Source: Mobula hypostoma
Taxonomy: Eukaryota
Assembly: GCF_963921235.1 (NCBI RefSeq)
Contig: NC_086097.1
Span: 44,022,001 to 44,086,000 of the forward strand
Direction: 5' to 3'
Length of the DNA: 64,000 nt
The first letter of the stretch is position 1. Every line of letters begins with the position of its first letter. Positions 11,301 to 24,864 of this stretch are shown here, piece after piece. Below the pieces are notes generated by a model. It was not told where the DNA came from and did no database searches. It saw only the letters and a program-made list of their open reading frames with translations. The position numbers and the translations under genes were made by a program.

Positions 11301-14125
11301 TTAAGATCATAAGGTCATAGTAGTAGAATTAGGCCATTCAGCCCATCGTGTCTGCTCCACCATTCCATCATGGCTGATCCCAGATCCTACTCAACCCCAT
11401 AGACCTGCCTTCTTGCCATATCCTTTGATGCCTTGACCAATCAGGCAACTATCAACCTCTGCCTTAAATATTCCCATAGACTTGGTCTCCACCATAGGCT
11501 GTGGCAGAGCATTCCACAGATCCATTACTCACTGGCTAAAAAAAATTTCTTGCATATCTTTGTTCTAAAAGGTTGGCACTCAATTTTGAGGCTGTGCCCT
11601 CTAGTTCTGGATACCCCCACCATAGGAAACATCCTCTCCACATCCACTTTATCTAGTCCTTTCAACATTCGGTAGGCTTCAACAAGATTCCCACGCATTC
11701 TTCAAAATTTCAGTGAGTACAGGCCCAAAGCTGCCAAACGCTCCTCATATATTAACCCTTTCATTCCTGGAATCATCCTCATGAACCTCCTCTGGACTCT
11801 CTCCAATGACAACACAACCTTTCTGAGATATGGGGCCAAGAATTGTTGAAAATACTCCAAGTGTGGCCTGACTAGTGCCTTATAAAGCCTCAGCATTATC
11901 TCCTTGCTTTTATACCCGGATCTGGGCCGTACCCTCCAAATATCCAGACCTGCCTCTTGGTTTTGTTTTGCACTACCTTACTTTCCCTTTTCTATCTTCT
12001 ATTTATGATTTATAATTTAAATTTTTACTATTTACTATCGATTTGTACTCCAGGGAGCGCGAATCGCAGAATCAAGTATCGCTGTGATAATTGTACCCTC
12101 TAGTATCAATTGTTTGGTGACAACAAAGTAAAGCATTCTATTCCTTTTAAAATAAATACCAATATTGTATTTGCCTTCTTTACCACAGACTCAACCTGTG
12201 AGAGTCTTATACAAGAACTCCTAAATCCCTCTGCACCTCTGATGTTTGAACCTTCTCCCCATTTAGATAATAGTCCACACTATTGTTCATTTTACCAAAA
12301 TGCATTATCATATATTTCCCAAAACCGTATTCCATCTGCCACTTTTTTGCCCATTCTTCCAATTTGTCTAAGTCCTGCTGAGATTGTATTGCTTCCTCAG
12401 CACTACCTACACCTCTACCTTTCTTCGTATCATTTACAAACTTTACACAAGCCATCAATTTCATTATCCAAATTATTGACAAACAATGTGAAAAGTAGCA
12501 GTCCCAATAGTGGCCCATGAGGAACACCACTAGTCACTGGCAGACAACCAGAAAAATCCCCCTTTATTCCCACTCACTGCCTCCTGCCTGTCAGCCATTC
12601 TTCTCTCCATGCCAGTATCTTTCCTGTAACACCTTAGGATTTTATCTCATTAAGCAGCCTCATATGGGGCACCTTATCAAATGCCTTCTGAAAATCCAGT
12701 AAATGACATCCACTGCCTCTCCTTTGTCTACGCTGTTTGTTACTTCCTTGAAGAACTCTGATTTGTCAGGCAAGGTTCCCTTTACAGAAACCATGCTGAC
12801 TTTGACTTATTTTATCATTAGTTTCCAAATACCCCAGAACCTCATCCTTATTAATAGACTTTCCCAACCACTGAGGTTAGGTTAACTGGCCTATAATTTC
12901 CTTTCTTTTGCCTTCCTACCTTCTTGAAGAGTGGATTGGCATTTACAATCTTTCAGTCCTCTGGGACCATGCCAGGATCAAGAGATTCTTGAAAGATCTT
13001 GACCAATGCATCTGTTATCTCTTCTGCAACCTTTTCAGGACTCTGGGATGTTGTCCATCTGGTCCAGGTGACTTATCTACCTTAATACCTTTGAGTTTGC
13101 CTAGCAATAGGAATGGCACTCACTTCTGTTCCCTGACACTCACGGATCTCTGCTAGTGTCTTCCACAATGAAGACTGATGTAAAGTACCCATTAAGTTCA
13201 TCTGCCATTTCTTTGTCCCCCATTACTACCTCACCAGAATCATTTTCAAGTGGTCCAATATCAACTCTCACCTCCCTTTTATTCTTTATATAACTGGAGA
13301 AACTTTTAGTATCCTACTTTATATTACTGTATTGGCTAGTTTGCCCTCATATTTAATTTTTTCCTTCTTATAGCTTTTTTAGTTGCCTTTAATTGGACAT
13401 TAATAGCCCAATCATGCATCTTCCCACTCACCTTTGCTACCTTATATGCCTTCTCCTTGGCTTTTATGCAGTCCTTAACATCCCTTATCAGCCATAGTTG
13501 CCTACCCCTGCCATTTGAGAACTCCTTCTTCAGTGGGACCTATCTATCCAGTGTCTTGTGAACTATTTGCAGAAACTTCAGCTGTCTGTACTCTACCATC
13601 ATCCCCACCAGTATCCCCCTCCAATCCACCTGGGCAAGCTCCTCTGTCAAGCCTCTGTAATTCCCTTTATTCCATTGCGATATTGATACAAGTGAGTTAC
13701 GCTTCTCCCTCTCAAATTGCAGCATGAATTCAATCATATTTTGATCACTGCCTCCTAAGGGTTCCTTTGCATTAAGATTCCTAATAATATTTGAGTTATT
13801 ACATTACACCCAACCTACAATAGCCCTTCCCCTAGCTGGTTCAAGCACAAGCTGCTCAAAAAAGCCATCTTGTAGGCATTCAACAAATTCCCTCTCTTGC
13901 GATCTAACACCAACCTAATTTTCTCTATCCCCTTGCAAATTGAAATCCCCCATTACTATTGTGCCATTACCCCTGTTACATGCCTTTTCCAGCTCCCTAT
14001 GAAGTCTCAACCCCACACCTCAGCTACTATTTGGACATCTATATACTGTATGATTCCCATATTTTTTTTACTCTTCCAGTTTCTTAACTCGATCCAGAAA
14101 GATTTCTGACCTGATGTCAGTTCCT
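11301..14125 (-). mobile_element. CR1 LINE ORF2 remnant, near full length, degenerate
   Basis: Minus ORFs 11702-11896 (LVRPHLEY), 12207-12530 (VKFVNDTK..RDLGVLV), 13540-13737 (WNKGNYRG); CR1 3'UTR at 11301-11450. Confidence 0.92.
11915..12134 (+). mobile_element. Rex1-type 3'UTR fragment inserted in CR1
   Basis: Interrupts CR1 TTTTATA|TTCTATTCC; T-rich body ending GGTGACAACAAAGTAAAG like other Rex1 tails. Confidence 0.6.
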
Positions 14126-14134
14126 TCTAAAAAT

Positions 14135-14348
14135 CATTCTCTCCCCTCATTTGGTTTCATCTATCACCTTCCAGTTTGTACTCTATCCCTTCCACCTACC
14201 TTCTTCTCCTGGCCTCTCCTCCCTTTTCAGCCTCGGCTGAAATCATCGACACTTTATTGCTTTCCATTGATGCTTCATGGCCTGCTGACTGCCTCCAGCA
14301 TTTTGTGTATACTACTCAGGATTTCCAGCAAATGCAGAAACTCTTGTA
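14135..14348 (+). mobile_element. Penelope-like element tail fragment
   Basis: GGCCTGCTGAC..CCTCCAGCATTTTGTGT..GATTTCCAGCA.ATGCAGA matches 4335-4400. Confidence 0.75.
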
Positions 14349-14400
14349 CTTAAGATAAATGTACCCTTTACTTTGGAATTATATCATCCCAGAAGCTCAC

Positions 14401-14558
14401 CTTTTTTTGGTTTCTACTGGCAGAGTGTTTAATTTGCAAGCTGCCCGAGTGCCTTGTGGCCTGGGAGTGTTAAGTGAGCCTTGATTTGCCAGAGTCCAAT
14501 AAGCAGTAATGGAAAGCACATGACATTTAGCGAGGTCAGCTTTGATGTGTTCACATTT
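14401..14558 (-). other. Candidate exon (unconfirmed)
   Basis: Acceptor ...TGTCAACAG and donor AAG|GTGAGC in non-repeat sequence; one open frame with no recognisable protein. Confidence 0.2.
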
Positions 14559-15084
14559 CTGTTGACATTCAAGTGAGGAATAGGTAAAAAGTAAAGTTGT
14601 CACTCAAAAAGAGGGAGAAGAACCTTTATAGAGGATGATCCCACAACTAGAGGGACAGGATTTTTACTATGATTTTTCAAGTCTTCACACTCTTCCCACA
14701 GTAGGACCTGAAAACAGCAACAAATATTGCAGACAGGAAGAAAATTCACCAGGTTTCTGTCCACCCATTCTCCGCTCCCCAATATTATATTATTTGTATG
14801 TAGCAATTGGTGAAGGATGGTATGCTTGTCGGATTAGCGGATTAGAAGTCTGAAGGTCAGAAATCACTGCCTCAAGTTTCCATCATTCTCTCTCAATAGT
14901 CTAGACAGAGAAAATAAAGAGAAGCTACTGCCATTGGACGCAGAGTTGAAATGACAACCAAAGCACAAAATAAAAAGAAAAAATGCTCATACTGTAAGTG
15001 GGTGTCATATGGAATTTGCTACCTATAAAGGCACTTGAAGCAATTCACTATGGGCTAGAAAAAGGAAATTCTTGAAGTAAAACC

Positions 15085-16162
15085 TGTCTACACAGACTTT
15101 AGGAAGGCATCTGATAAGGTCCCACAGGGAGGCTGGTCAAGAAGGTTCAGTTGCTCGGCATTCAAGATGAGGTGGTAAATTGGATTAGATATTGGCTTTG
15201 TGGGAGAAGCCAGAGAGTGGTAGTAGTAGGTTGCTTCTCTGACTGGAGGCCTGTGACTAGTGGAGTGCCACAGGGATTGGTGCTGGGTCCATTGTTGTTT
15301 GTCATCTGTATCAATGATCAGGATGACAATGTGGTTAACTGGATCAGCAAATCTGCGGATGATTCCAAGACTGGGTGTGTAGTGGACAGCGAGGAAAACC
15401 ACCACCGAGCTTGCAGCAGGTTCTGGACCAGCTAGAAAAATATGTCAAAAAATGGCAGATGGAATTTAATGCAGAAAGTGCGTGGTGTTGCACTTCTGCA
15501 GAACCAATCAGGGTATGTCTTATTCAGTGAATGGCAGAGGATTGAGGAGTGCGGTAGAACGAAGAGATTTGGGAATACAGGTTCATAATTCATTGAAAGT
15601 GGAGTCACAGGTAAATAGGGTCGTAAAGAAAGCTTTTGGCCCATTGGCCTTCATAAATCAAAATACTGAGTAGAGGTGATGTGACGTTATGTTGCATAAG
15701 ACATTGATGAGGCCTAATTTGGAGTATTGTATGCAGTTTTGTTCGACAGGAAAGATGTGTGCAGATTTGGTTGCCTATGTGCAGGAAAGATGTATTAAGA
15801 GTGGATGTGGTGAGGATGTTTCCTATGATGGAAGAGTCTACGACTAGAGGACACAGCCTCAGAATAGAGAGGCGCCCTTTTTGAATGGAATTGAGGGAGA
15901 ATTTCTTTAGCTAATGTGTGGTGAATCTGTGAAATTCCTTGCCACTTGCTGCTGAGGAGGCCAAGTCTTCATGTATACTTAAGGCAGAGTTGATAGATTC
16001 TTGATTGGTCAGGGCATGAGGGGATACGGGGGGGGGGGTGGTGGTGGTGGAGGCAGGAGATTAGGGCTGAGAGGAAAAATGTATCAGCCATTATGAAATG
16101 ACAGAGCAGACTCGATGGGCCAAATGGCCTAATTCTACTCCTATATCTTATGGTCTATTGTC
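15085..16162 (+). mobile_element. CR1 composite fragment (RT segment joined to a 3' end)
   Basis: SGVPQGLVLGPLLF..SADDSK (15151-15435); rearranged junction near 15760-15800; TATGGTCT tail near 16150. Confidence 0.85.
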
Positions 16163-18816
16163 TCATAGATTCTACAGATATGTCAAGAGCGAAAAGATTA
16201 CAAGGGACTAAATTGATCCTCTGGAAGATCAGAATGGTAATCCATGTGTGGATCCAAAGGAGATGGGAGAGATGTTAAATGCATTTTTCGATCTGTATTT
16301 ACTCAGGAGATGGACACAGTCTACGAAGTCTATAGAAATGAGGCAAAGTGGCATTGACTTCATGGACACTATACAGATTACAGAAGAGGAGGTGTTTACT
16401 GCCTTGAGATAGATCAAGGTGGATAAGTCCCAGGGCTTAACAAGGCGTTCCCTTGGACCTTGTGGGAGTCAAGAAATTGCAGAAATTGCAGGGATCCTAG
16501 TAGAGATATTTAATTATCCTTTGCAACAGGTGAGTTACTGGAGGATTGGAGGATAGCAATATTGTTCTGCTGTTTAAAAAAGACTCTAAAGATAAACAGG
16601 AAATTATATGCCAATGAACATGACATCAGTAGTGGGAAAGTTATTAGAAGGTATTCTCAGGGACTGGATATATAAGTATTTGGATAGACTGATTAGGGAT
16701 AGTCAGCATGGTTTTGTGCATGTTAGATCATGCCTAACTGATCTTGTAGTTACAGGAGTTATCAAGAAAGTTGATGGAGGCCAGTCAGTGGATGCTGTCT
16801 ACATGGACTTTAGGAAGGCATTTGACAAAGTTCCAGATGGGATGTTGGTCAAGAAGGTTCTGTCACTCAGCATTGAAGATGAGTTATTAAATTGGATTAG
16901 ACGTCAGGGAGAAGCCAGAGCAGTAGTAAATGGTTGCCTCTCTAACTGGAGGCCTGTGACTAGTAGAGCGCTGCAGCGATTGATGCTGGGTCCAGAGTTG
17001 TTTGTCATGTTTATCAATGATTTAGCTGATGATGTAGTTAATTGGATCAGCAAATTTGCGGGTGACACCAAGATTGGGGGTGTAGTGGACAGAGAGGAAG
17101 ACTATCAGAGGACCTGGACCAGCTGGACAAATGGGCTGAAATATGGCAGATGGAATTTAATGCAGACAAGTACAAGGTGTTGCATTTCAGTTGGACCAAC
17201 CAGGGTAGGTCTTACACAGTGAACGGTGGGTACAGTACTGTGATAGAAGAAAGGGATTTGGGATACAGGTCCATAATTCATTAAAAGTAGAGTCACAGGT
17301 AAATGGGGTCATTAAGATAGCTTTTGGCACATTGGCCTTCATTAATCAATGTATTGAGTACAGTTTTGGTCCCCTACCTACAAGAAAGATGATAACAAGT
17401 TTGAAAGAGTACAGAGAATATTTACAAGGATGTTGCCAGGACTGGAGGAACTGAGTTATAAGGAAAGGTTGAATAGGTTAGGACTTTATTCCTTGGAACA
17501 TAGAAAATTCAGGGAATATTTGATGGAGGTATACACTACAAAATTATGGGGGATGTAGATAGGGTAAATGCAAGCATGCTTTTTCCACCGAGATTGGGTG
17601 AAACTACAACTAGAGGTTATGGGTTAAGGTTGAAAGGTGAAAAGTTTAGAACATAGAACATAGAACATAGAAATCCAAAGCACATTACAGGCCCTTCGGC
17701 TCACAACGCCATGCTGACTAGGTAACCTACTCTAGAAACGGTCTAGAATTCCTCTACTGCATAATTCTCTATTGTTCTAAGCTCTACGTACCAATCTAAA
17801 AGTCTCTTAAAAGACCCTGTTGTATCCGCCTCTACCATCATCGCTGGCAGTGCATTCCATGCACCCACCACTCTCTGTGTGAAAAATCTACCTCTGACAC
17901 CCCCCCGATACCTACTTCCAAGCACCTTAAAACTATGCCCTCTCACATTAGCTATTTCAGCCCTGGGAAAAGACTCTGACTATTCATACGATCAATGCCT
18001 CTCACCATCTTGTACACCTCTATCGGGTCAACTCTCATCCTCCATCGCTCCAAGGAGAAAAGGCCAAGTTCACTCAACCTATTCCCATAAGGCATGCTCT
18101 CCAATCCAGGCAACATCCTTGTAAATCTCCTCTGCACTCTCTCTATAGTATCCACATCCTTACTGTAATAAGGTGACCAGAACTAAACACAGTACCCCAA
18201 GTGGAGTCCAACTAAGGTCTTATATAGCTGTAACATTACCTCACGGTTCTTGAACTCAATCCCACGGTTGATGAAGGCCAAAACACCATATGCCTTCTTA
18301 AGAACACTGCCAACCTATGCAGCAGCTTTGAGTGTCCTATGGACATGGACCCAAAGATCTCTCTGATCCTCCACACTGCCAAGAGTTTTACCATTAATAT
18401 TATATCCTGTCTTCAAATTTGACCTACCAAAATGAACCACTTCACATTTAGCTGGGTTGAAGTCCATCTGGCACTCCTCAGCATAGGTCTGTATCCTATC
18501 AATGTCCCGCTGTAACCTCTGACAACCCTCCGCACTGTTCATAACACCGCCAATTTTTTTTATCATCAGTAAACTTACTAACCCAACCTTCTATTTCCTC
18601 ATCCAGGTCATTTATAAAAATCACAAAGAAGAGGGGACCCAGAACAAATCCCTGTGAACACCACTAGACACCGACCTTCATGCAGAATACGAAACCATCT
18701 ACAAGCGCCCTTTGCCTTCTGTGGTCAAACCAATTCTGGATCCACAAAGCAAGGTCTCCTTGGATCCCATGTCTCCTTACTTTCTGAAGGAGACTTGCAT
18801 GGGGAACCTTATCAAA

Positions 18817-21411
18817 GAGGAAACAATGGAAACCATAGAAAAACTACAGCACAAAAACAGGCCTTTTGGCCCTTCTTGGCTGTGCCAAACCATTTTCTGC
18901 CTAGTCCCACTGACCTGCACACGGACCATATCCCTCCATACACCTCCCATCCATGTATCTGTCCAATTTATTCTTAAATGTTAAAAAAGAACCCGCATTT
19001 ACCACCTCGTCTGGCAGCTCATTCCACACTCCCACCACTCTCTGTGTGAAGAAGCCCCCCTAATGTTCCCTTTAAACTTTCCCCCCTTCACCCTTAACCC
19101 ATGTCCTCTGGTTTTTTTCTCCCCTTGCCTCGGTGGAAAAAGCCTACTTGCATTCACTTTATCTATACCCATCATAATTCTACATACCTCTATCAAATCT
19201 CCCCTCATTCTTCTACGCTCCAGGGAATAAAGTCCTAACCTATTCAACCTTTCTCTGTAACTGAGTTTCTCAAGTCCCAGCAACATCCTTGTAAACCTTC
19301 TCTGTACTCTTTCAACCTTATTAATGTCCTTCCTGTAATTTGGTGACCAAAACTGAACACAATACTCCAGATTTGGCCTCACCAATGGCTTATACAACCT
19401 CATCATAATATTCCAGCTCTTATACTCAAAACTTTGATTAATAAAGGCCAATGTACCAACAGCTCTCTTTATGACCCTATCTACCTGTGACACCGCTTTT
19501 AGGGAATTTTGTATCTGTATTCCCAAATCCCTTTGTTCTATTGGACTCCTCAGTGCCTTACCATTTACCCTGTATGTTCTACCTTGGTTTGTCCTTCCAA
19601 AGTGCAATACCTCACACTTGTCAGTATTAAACTCCATCTGCCATTTTTCAGCCCATTTTTCCAGCCGGTCCAAATCCCTCTGCAAGCTTTGAAAACCTTC
19701 CTCATTGTCCACTACACCTCCAATCTTTGTATCACCAGCAAATTTGCCAATCCAATTTACCACATTATCATCCAGATCATTGATATAGATGACAAATAAC
19801 AATGGACCCAGCACTGATCCCTGTGGCATACCACTAGTCACAGGCCTCCACTTTGAGAAGCAATCCTCTACTACCACTCTTTGGCTTCTTCCATTGAGCC
19901 AATATCTAATCCAATTTACCACCTCTCCATGTATACCTAGTGACTGAATTTTCCTAACTAACCTCCCATGCGGGACCTTGTCAAAGGCCTTACTGAAGTC
20001 CATGTAGACAACATCCACTGCCTTCCCTTCATCCACCTTCCTTGTAACCTCCTCGAAAAACTCCAATAGATTGGTCAAACATGACCTACCACGCACAAAG
20101 CCATATTGACTCTCCCTAATAAGTCCCTGTCTATCCAAATGCCTGTAGATTCTGTCTCTTAGTACTCCCTCCAATAACTTACCCACTACCGACGTCAAAC
20201 TTACTGGCCTATAATTTCCCGGATTACTTTTTGATCCTTTCTTAAACAACGGAACAACATGAGCCATTCTCCAATCCTCTGGCACCTCACTAACATTCTA
20301 AATATATCTGCCAGGGCCCCTGCAATTTCAACACTAGTCTTCTTCAAGGTCCGAGGGAATACCCTATTAGGTCCTGGGGATTTATCCACTTTAATTTGCC
20401 TCAAGATAGCAAGCACCTCCTCCTTTTCAATCTGTACAGTTTCCATGATCTCACTACTTGTTTCCCGTAATTCCATAGACTTCATGACAGTTTCCTTAGT
20501 AAATACAGACGCAAAAAACCCATTTAAGATCTCCCCCATTTCTTATAGTTCCACACATAGCCGACCACTCTGAACTTCAAGGGGACCAATTTTATCCCTT
20601 ACAATCCTTTTACTCTTAATATACCTGTAAAAGCTCTTTGGATTATCCTTCACTTTGACTGCCAAGGCAACCTCATGTCTTCTTTTAGTCCTCCTGATTT
20701 CCTTCTTAAGTATTTTCTTGCACTTTTTATACTCCTCAAGCACTTATTTGCTCCCTGTTTCTTCTACATGTCATACAACTCTCTCTTCTTCTTTATCAGA
20801 GTTGCAATATTCCTTGGGAACCGAGGTTCCTTATTCCTATTCACTTTGCCTTTAATCCTGACAGAAACATACAAGCTCTGCACTCTCAAAATTTCTCCTT
20901 TGAAGGCTTCCCACTTATTCAATCATATCCTTGTCAGAGAACAACCTGTCCCAATCCACGCTTTTTAGATCCTTTCTCATTTCTTCAAATTTGGCCTTCT
21001 TCCAGTTTAGAAACTCAACCCTAGGACCAGATCTATCTTTATCCATGATCAAGTTGAAACTAATGGTGTTATGATCACTGGAACCAAAGTGTTCCCCTAC
21101 ACACACTTCTGTCACTTGTCCTAACTTGTTTCCTAATAGGAGATCTAATATTGCATCCTCTCTAGTTGGTACCTCTATATATTGATTTAGAAAACTTCCC
21201 TGAACACAGTTTACAAACTCTAGCCCATCTAGACCCCTAACAGTATGGGAGTCCAATCAATATGTGGAAAATTAACATCCCCTACCACCAAAACTTTATG
21301 TTTCCTGCATTTGCCTGCTATCTCTCTGCAGATTTGCTCTTCCAATTCTCGCTGACTATTGGGTGGTCTATAATACAACCCCACTAATGTGGCCATACCT
21401 TTCCTGTTTCT
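18817..21411 (-). mobile_element. Young CR1 LINE, 2.6 kb, innermost of the nest
   Basis: Endonuclease C-terminus (ILDLLL..GSSDHN, 20915-21256) through RT to 3' tail; interrupts host ACCTTATCAAA|TGCCTTA. Confidence 0.95.
18999..20285 (-). pseudogene. CR1 reverse transcriptase domain, 428-aa uninterrupted ORF fragment
   Basis: [37 protein letters not shown]; catalytic FADD is mutated to FAGD. Confidence 0.92.
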
Positions 21412-22829
21412 TAATAAATGCCTTATTGAAATCCATATACACTACATCCACTGCTCTACCTTCATCAGTGTGTTTTGTTACATCCTCAAAGAATTCAATC
21501 AGGCTCATGAAGCACGACCTGCCCTTGTCAAAGCTATGCTGACTATCCCTAATCAGATTATGTCTCTCCAATTGCCCATAAATCCTGCCTCTCAGGATTT
21601 TCTCCAACAACTTGCCCACCACTGAAGAAAGACTCCCTGGTCTATAATTTCCTGGGTTATCTCTACTCCCTTTCTCAAACAAGGGAGCAACATTTGCAAC
21701 CCTCCAATCCTCTGGTACTTCTCCCTTCCCTATTGATGATGCAAAGATCATCGCCAGAGGCTCAGCAATCTCCTCCCCACGGTAGCCTGGGGTACATCTC
21801 ATCCGGTCCTGGCGACTTATCTAACTTAATACCTTTCAAAAGCTCCAGCATATCCTCTTTCTTAATGTCTCTACACTCAAGCATTTCAGTATGCTATGTC
21901 ATCCCCACAGTCCTTTTCACTGGTGAATACTAAAGCAAAGTATTCATTAAGTACCTCTGTTACCTCCTCCGACTCCATGCACACATTCCCACTTTCACAC
22001 CTAATTGGTCCTATTCTCACATAGTTCATCCTCTTGCTCTTCACATACTTGTAGAATGCCTTGGGATTTTCCTCAGTCCTGCTCGCCAAGGCCTTCTCAT
22101 GGCCCCTTCTGGCTCTCCTATTTTTTTAAGGGGAACAGGAGGGGGAACTTCTTTGGTCAGAGGGTGGAACATTGTAAGTGTGTGGAATGAGCTGCCAGTG
22201 CAAGTGTGTGTTGCAGGCAAGCTCGATTTCAATGTCTAAGAGTGGCTTGGATAGGTACAGGGATGGTAGGGCTAAGGAGGGCAGGTCGATGGGATTAGCC
22301 AGTTCAAATGGTTCAGCATGAATAGATGGGCTGTATGATTCTATGACTCTTTGACTCTAAAAAAAAATCCAGGCTATGAGGAAAGAGTTGCCAAGTTGGA
22401 CTGACTGGCTTGCTCGTGAAAAATTGGTCCCAGAATAAGGAACTAAAAAGCTTCCTTCTGTATAGTAACAATTCTGTGATTCATTGTAACCATGGCAGAT
22501 GATAGAGGAGAGGATTGGCTTCAATATCAAGACTCACATGTTATGACTGCTAGTAAACATAGAACAATTGCTGGAACAACTACGTTGCTAATGAATGCCA
22601 TAAGTTAGGCCATGTGTGCCTGGTCCTCCTGTGGTGTATTTATAGCAGGATGTGCTGGAAAACTGATTAGAATCATTTGCAGCAGGAGTGGCGGTAAACT
22701 GGAAGTAACCACATGACCAATGGCCAAAGTAAAAATCCACTGCTACTTGGGACAAGCAAAACTACAATGGATGTTTAGAAGTTGAATCATTGAAAGGAAT
22801 AAGCGGATATTAAAATGATCCCATTAACC

Positions 22830-24745
22830 TCCCTCAATAATCTAGACAGAGAAAATAAAGAGAAACTGGTACCAATAGACAATAGACAATAGGTGCAGGA
22901 GTAGGCCATTTGGCCCTTCGAGCCAGCACTGCCATTCACTGTGATCATGGCTGATCATCCACAATCAGTATCCAGTTCCTGCCTTATCCCCATAACCTTT
23001 GATTCCGCTATCTTTAAGAGCCCTATCCATCTCTTTTTTGAAAGCATCCAGAGACTTGGCCTCTACAGCCTTCTGGGGCAGAGCATTCCACACATCCACC
23101 ACTCTCTGGGTGAAAAAGTTTTTCCTCAACTCTGTTCTAAATGGCCTACCCCTAACTCTTAAACTGTGGCCTCTGGTTCTGGACTCACCCATTAGCGGGA
23201 ACATGCTTCCTGCCTCCAGTGTGTCCAATCCCTTAATAATCTTATATGTTTCAACAAGATCCCCTCTCAGGCTTCTAAATTCCAGAGTATACAAGCCCAG
23301 TCGCTCCAATCTTTTGACATATGACAGTCCCGCCATCCCAGGAATTAACCTTATGAACCTATGCTGCACTCCCTCAATAGCAAGAATGTCCTTCCTCAAA
23401 TTTGGAGACCAAAACTGCACACAGTACTCCAGGTGTGGTCTCACCAGGGCCCTGTACAGCTGCAGAAGAACCACTTTGCTCTTACACTCAATTCCCCTTG
23501 TTATGAAGGCCAGCATGCCATTAGCTTTCTTCACTGCCTGCTGTACTTGCATGCTTGCTTTCAGTGACTGATGTACAAGAACACCTAGATCTCGTTGTGC
23601 TTCCCCTTTTCCTAACTTGACTCCATTTACATAATAATCTGCCTTCCTGTTCTTACCACCAAAGTGGATAACCTCACAGTTATCCACATTAAACTGCATC
23701 TGCCCACTCACCCAGCCTGTCCAAGTCACCCTACATTCTCATAACATCCTCCTCACATTTCACACTGCCCCCCAGCTTTGTGTCATCTGCAAATTTGCTA
23801 ATGTTACTTTTAATTCCCTCATCTAAATCATTAATATATATTGTAAACAGCTGCGGTCCCAGCACTGAACCCTGCGGTACCCCACTGGCCACCGCCTGCC
23901 ATTCCGAAAGGGACCCGTTAATCGCTACTCTTTGTTTTCTGTCAGCCAGCCAATTTTCAATCCATGTAAGTACTCTGCCCCCAATACCATGTGCCCTAAT
24001 TTTGCCCACTAACCTCCTATGTGGGACTTTATCAAAGGCTTTCTGAAAGTCCAGGTACACTACATCCACTGGCTCTCCCTTGTCCATTTTCATAGTTACA
24101 TCCTCAAAAAATTCCAGAAGATTAGTCAAGCACCATTTCCCCTTCGTAAATCCATGCTGACTCGGACCAATCCTGTTACTGCTACCCAGATGTGTCGTAA
24201 TTTCATCTTTTATAATTGACTCCAGCATCTTTCCCACCACCGACGTCAGGCTAACCGGTCTATAATTCCCTGTTTTCTCTCTTCCTCCCTTCTTGAAGAG
24301 AGGGACAACGTTAGCCACCCTCCAATCCACAGGAACTGATCCTGAATCTATAGAACATTGGAAAATGATTACCAATGTGTCCACGATTTCTAAAGCCACC
24401 TCCTTAAGTACCCTGGGATGCAGACCATCAGGTCCCAGGGACTTATTAGCCTTCAGACCCAACAGCCTATCCAACACCATTTCCTGCCTAGTATAAATTT
24501 CCTTCAATTCATCCATTACCCTAGGTTCTTTGGCCACTATTACATCTGGGAGATTGTTTGTGTCTTCCCTAGTGAAGACAGATCCATTGGACACAGAATT
24601 GAAATGACTGGCAAAAGCACCAAATAACGAGGAAAATAACTGTCATTCTGGAAGTGGGTGTCATATGGAATGTTACTGTCCACAAAGGCAGTTGAAGCAA
24701 TTCACAATGACTTAGAAAACAGAAATAGATGCTACTTGAAGTAGC
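22830..24745 (+). mobile_element. Old CR1 fragment (22830-22872 + 24587-24745), paralogous to 14890-15082
   Basis: Identical blocks TCTAGACAGAGAAAATAAAGAGAA, AAGTGGGTGTCATATGGAAT and TTGAAGCAATTCAC in both copies. Confidence 0.7.
22873..24586 (-). mobile_element. Young CR1 LINE, 5'-truncated
   Basis: ORFs 23731-24594 (287 aa, intact FADD) and 22965-23729 (254 aa); (CAATAGA)n tail; CCA at both junctions. Confidence 0.95.
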
Positions 24746-24864
24746 CCTTACATATTCACATCTGCTCACTTTGTTCATTGACCCTGTCCCCTTCCATTGA
24801 ATTTCTACAAATAAAATGAAGATCAGGAACTTAAAATATTTAGTTGTACAGGTAGTCCAGAATT

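Larger units (their letters stand above)
17649..22124 (-). mobile_element. CR1 LINE (17649-18816 + 21412-22124) with TTTA duplication
   Basis: (ATAGAAC)n tail at 17649; ORFs 17743-18566 and 21368-21802 (NYRP..VDVVYMDFNKAF); TTTA at 17645-17648 and 22125-22128. Confidence 0.9.
16165..22358 (+). mobile_element. CR1 LINE (16165-17648 + 22125-22358) split by nested insertions
   Basis: ORF 16608-17222 YMDFRKAFDKVP..FAGDTK; GAAAAGTTTA|..|TTTAAGGGGAAC contiguity; (CTATGACT) tail. Confidence 0.88.
14890..22482 (+). mobile_element. Old CR1 3' fragment (14890-15082 + 22360-22482) split by a 7.3-kb nested CR1 cluster
   Basis: Left part ends TTGAAGTAAAA; right part resumes AAAATCCAGGCTATGAGGAAAGAG and ends CCTTCTGT..ATTCTGTGATTC, the expected CR1 3'UTR order. 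Confidence 0.6.

Noticed and set aside
18999..20285. Functional or domesticated RT, retron or similar system
   Set aside because: Ordinary 5'-truncated CR1 ORF2 fragment with the catalytic FADD mutated to FAGD.
22999..23571. 190-aa plus-strand ORF
   Set aside because: Antisense shadow of the CR1 ORF2 on the minus strand.
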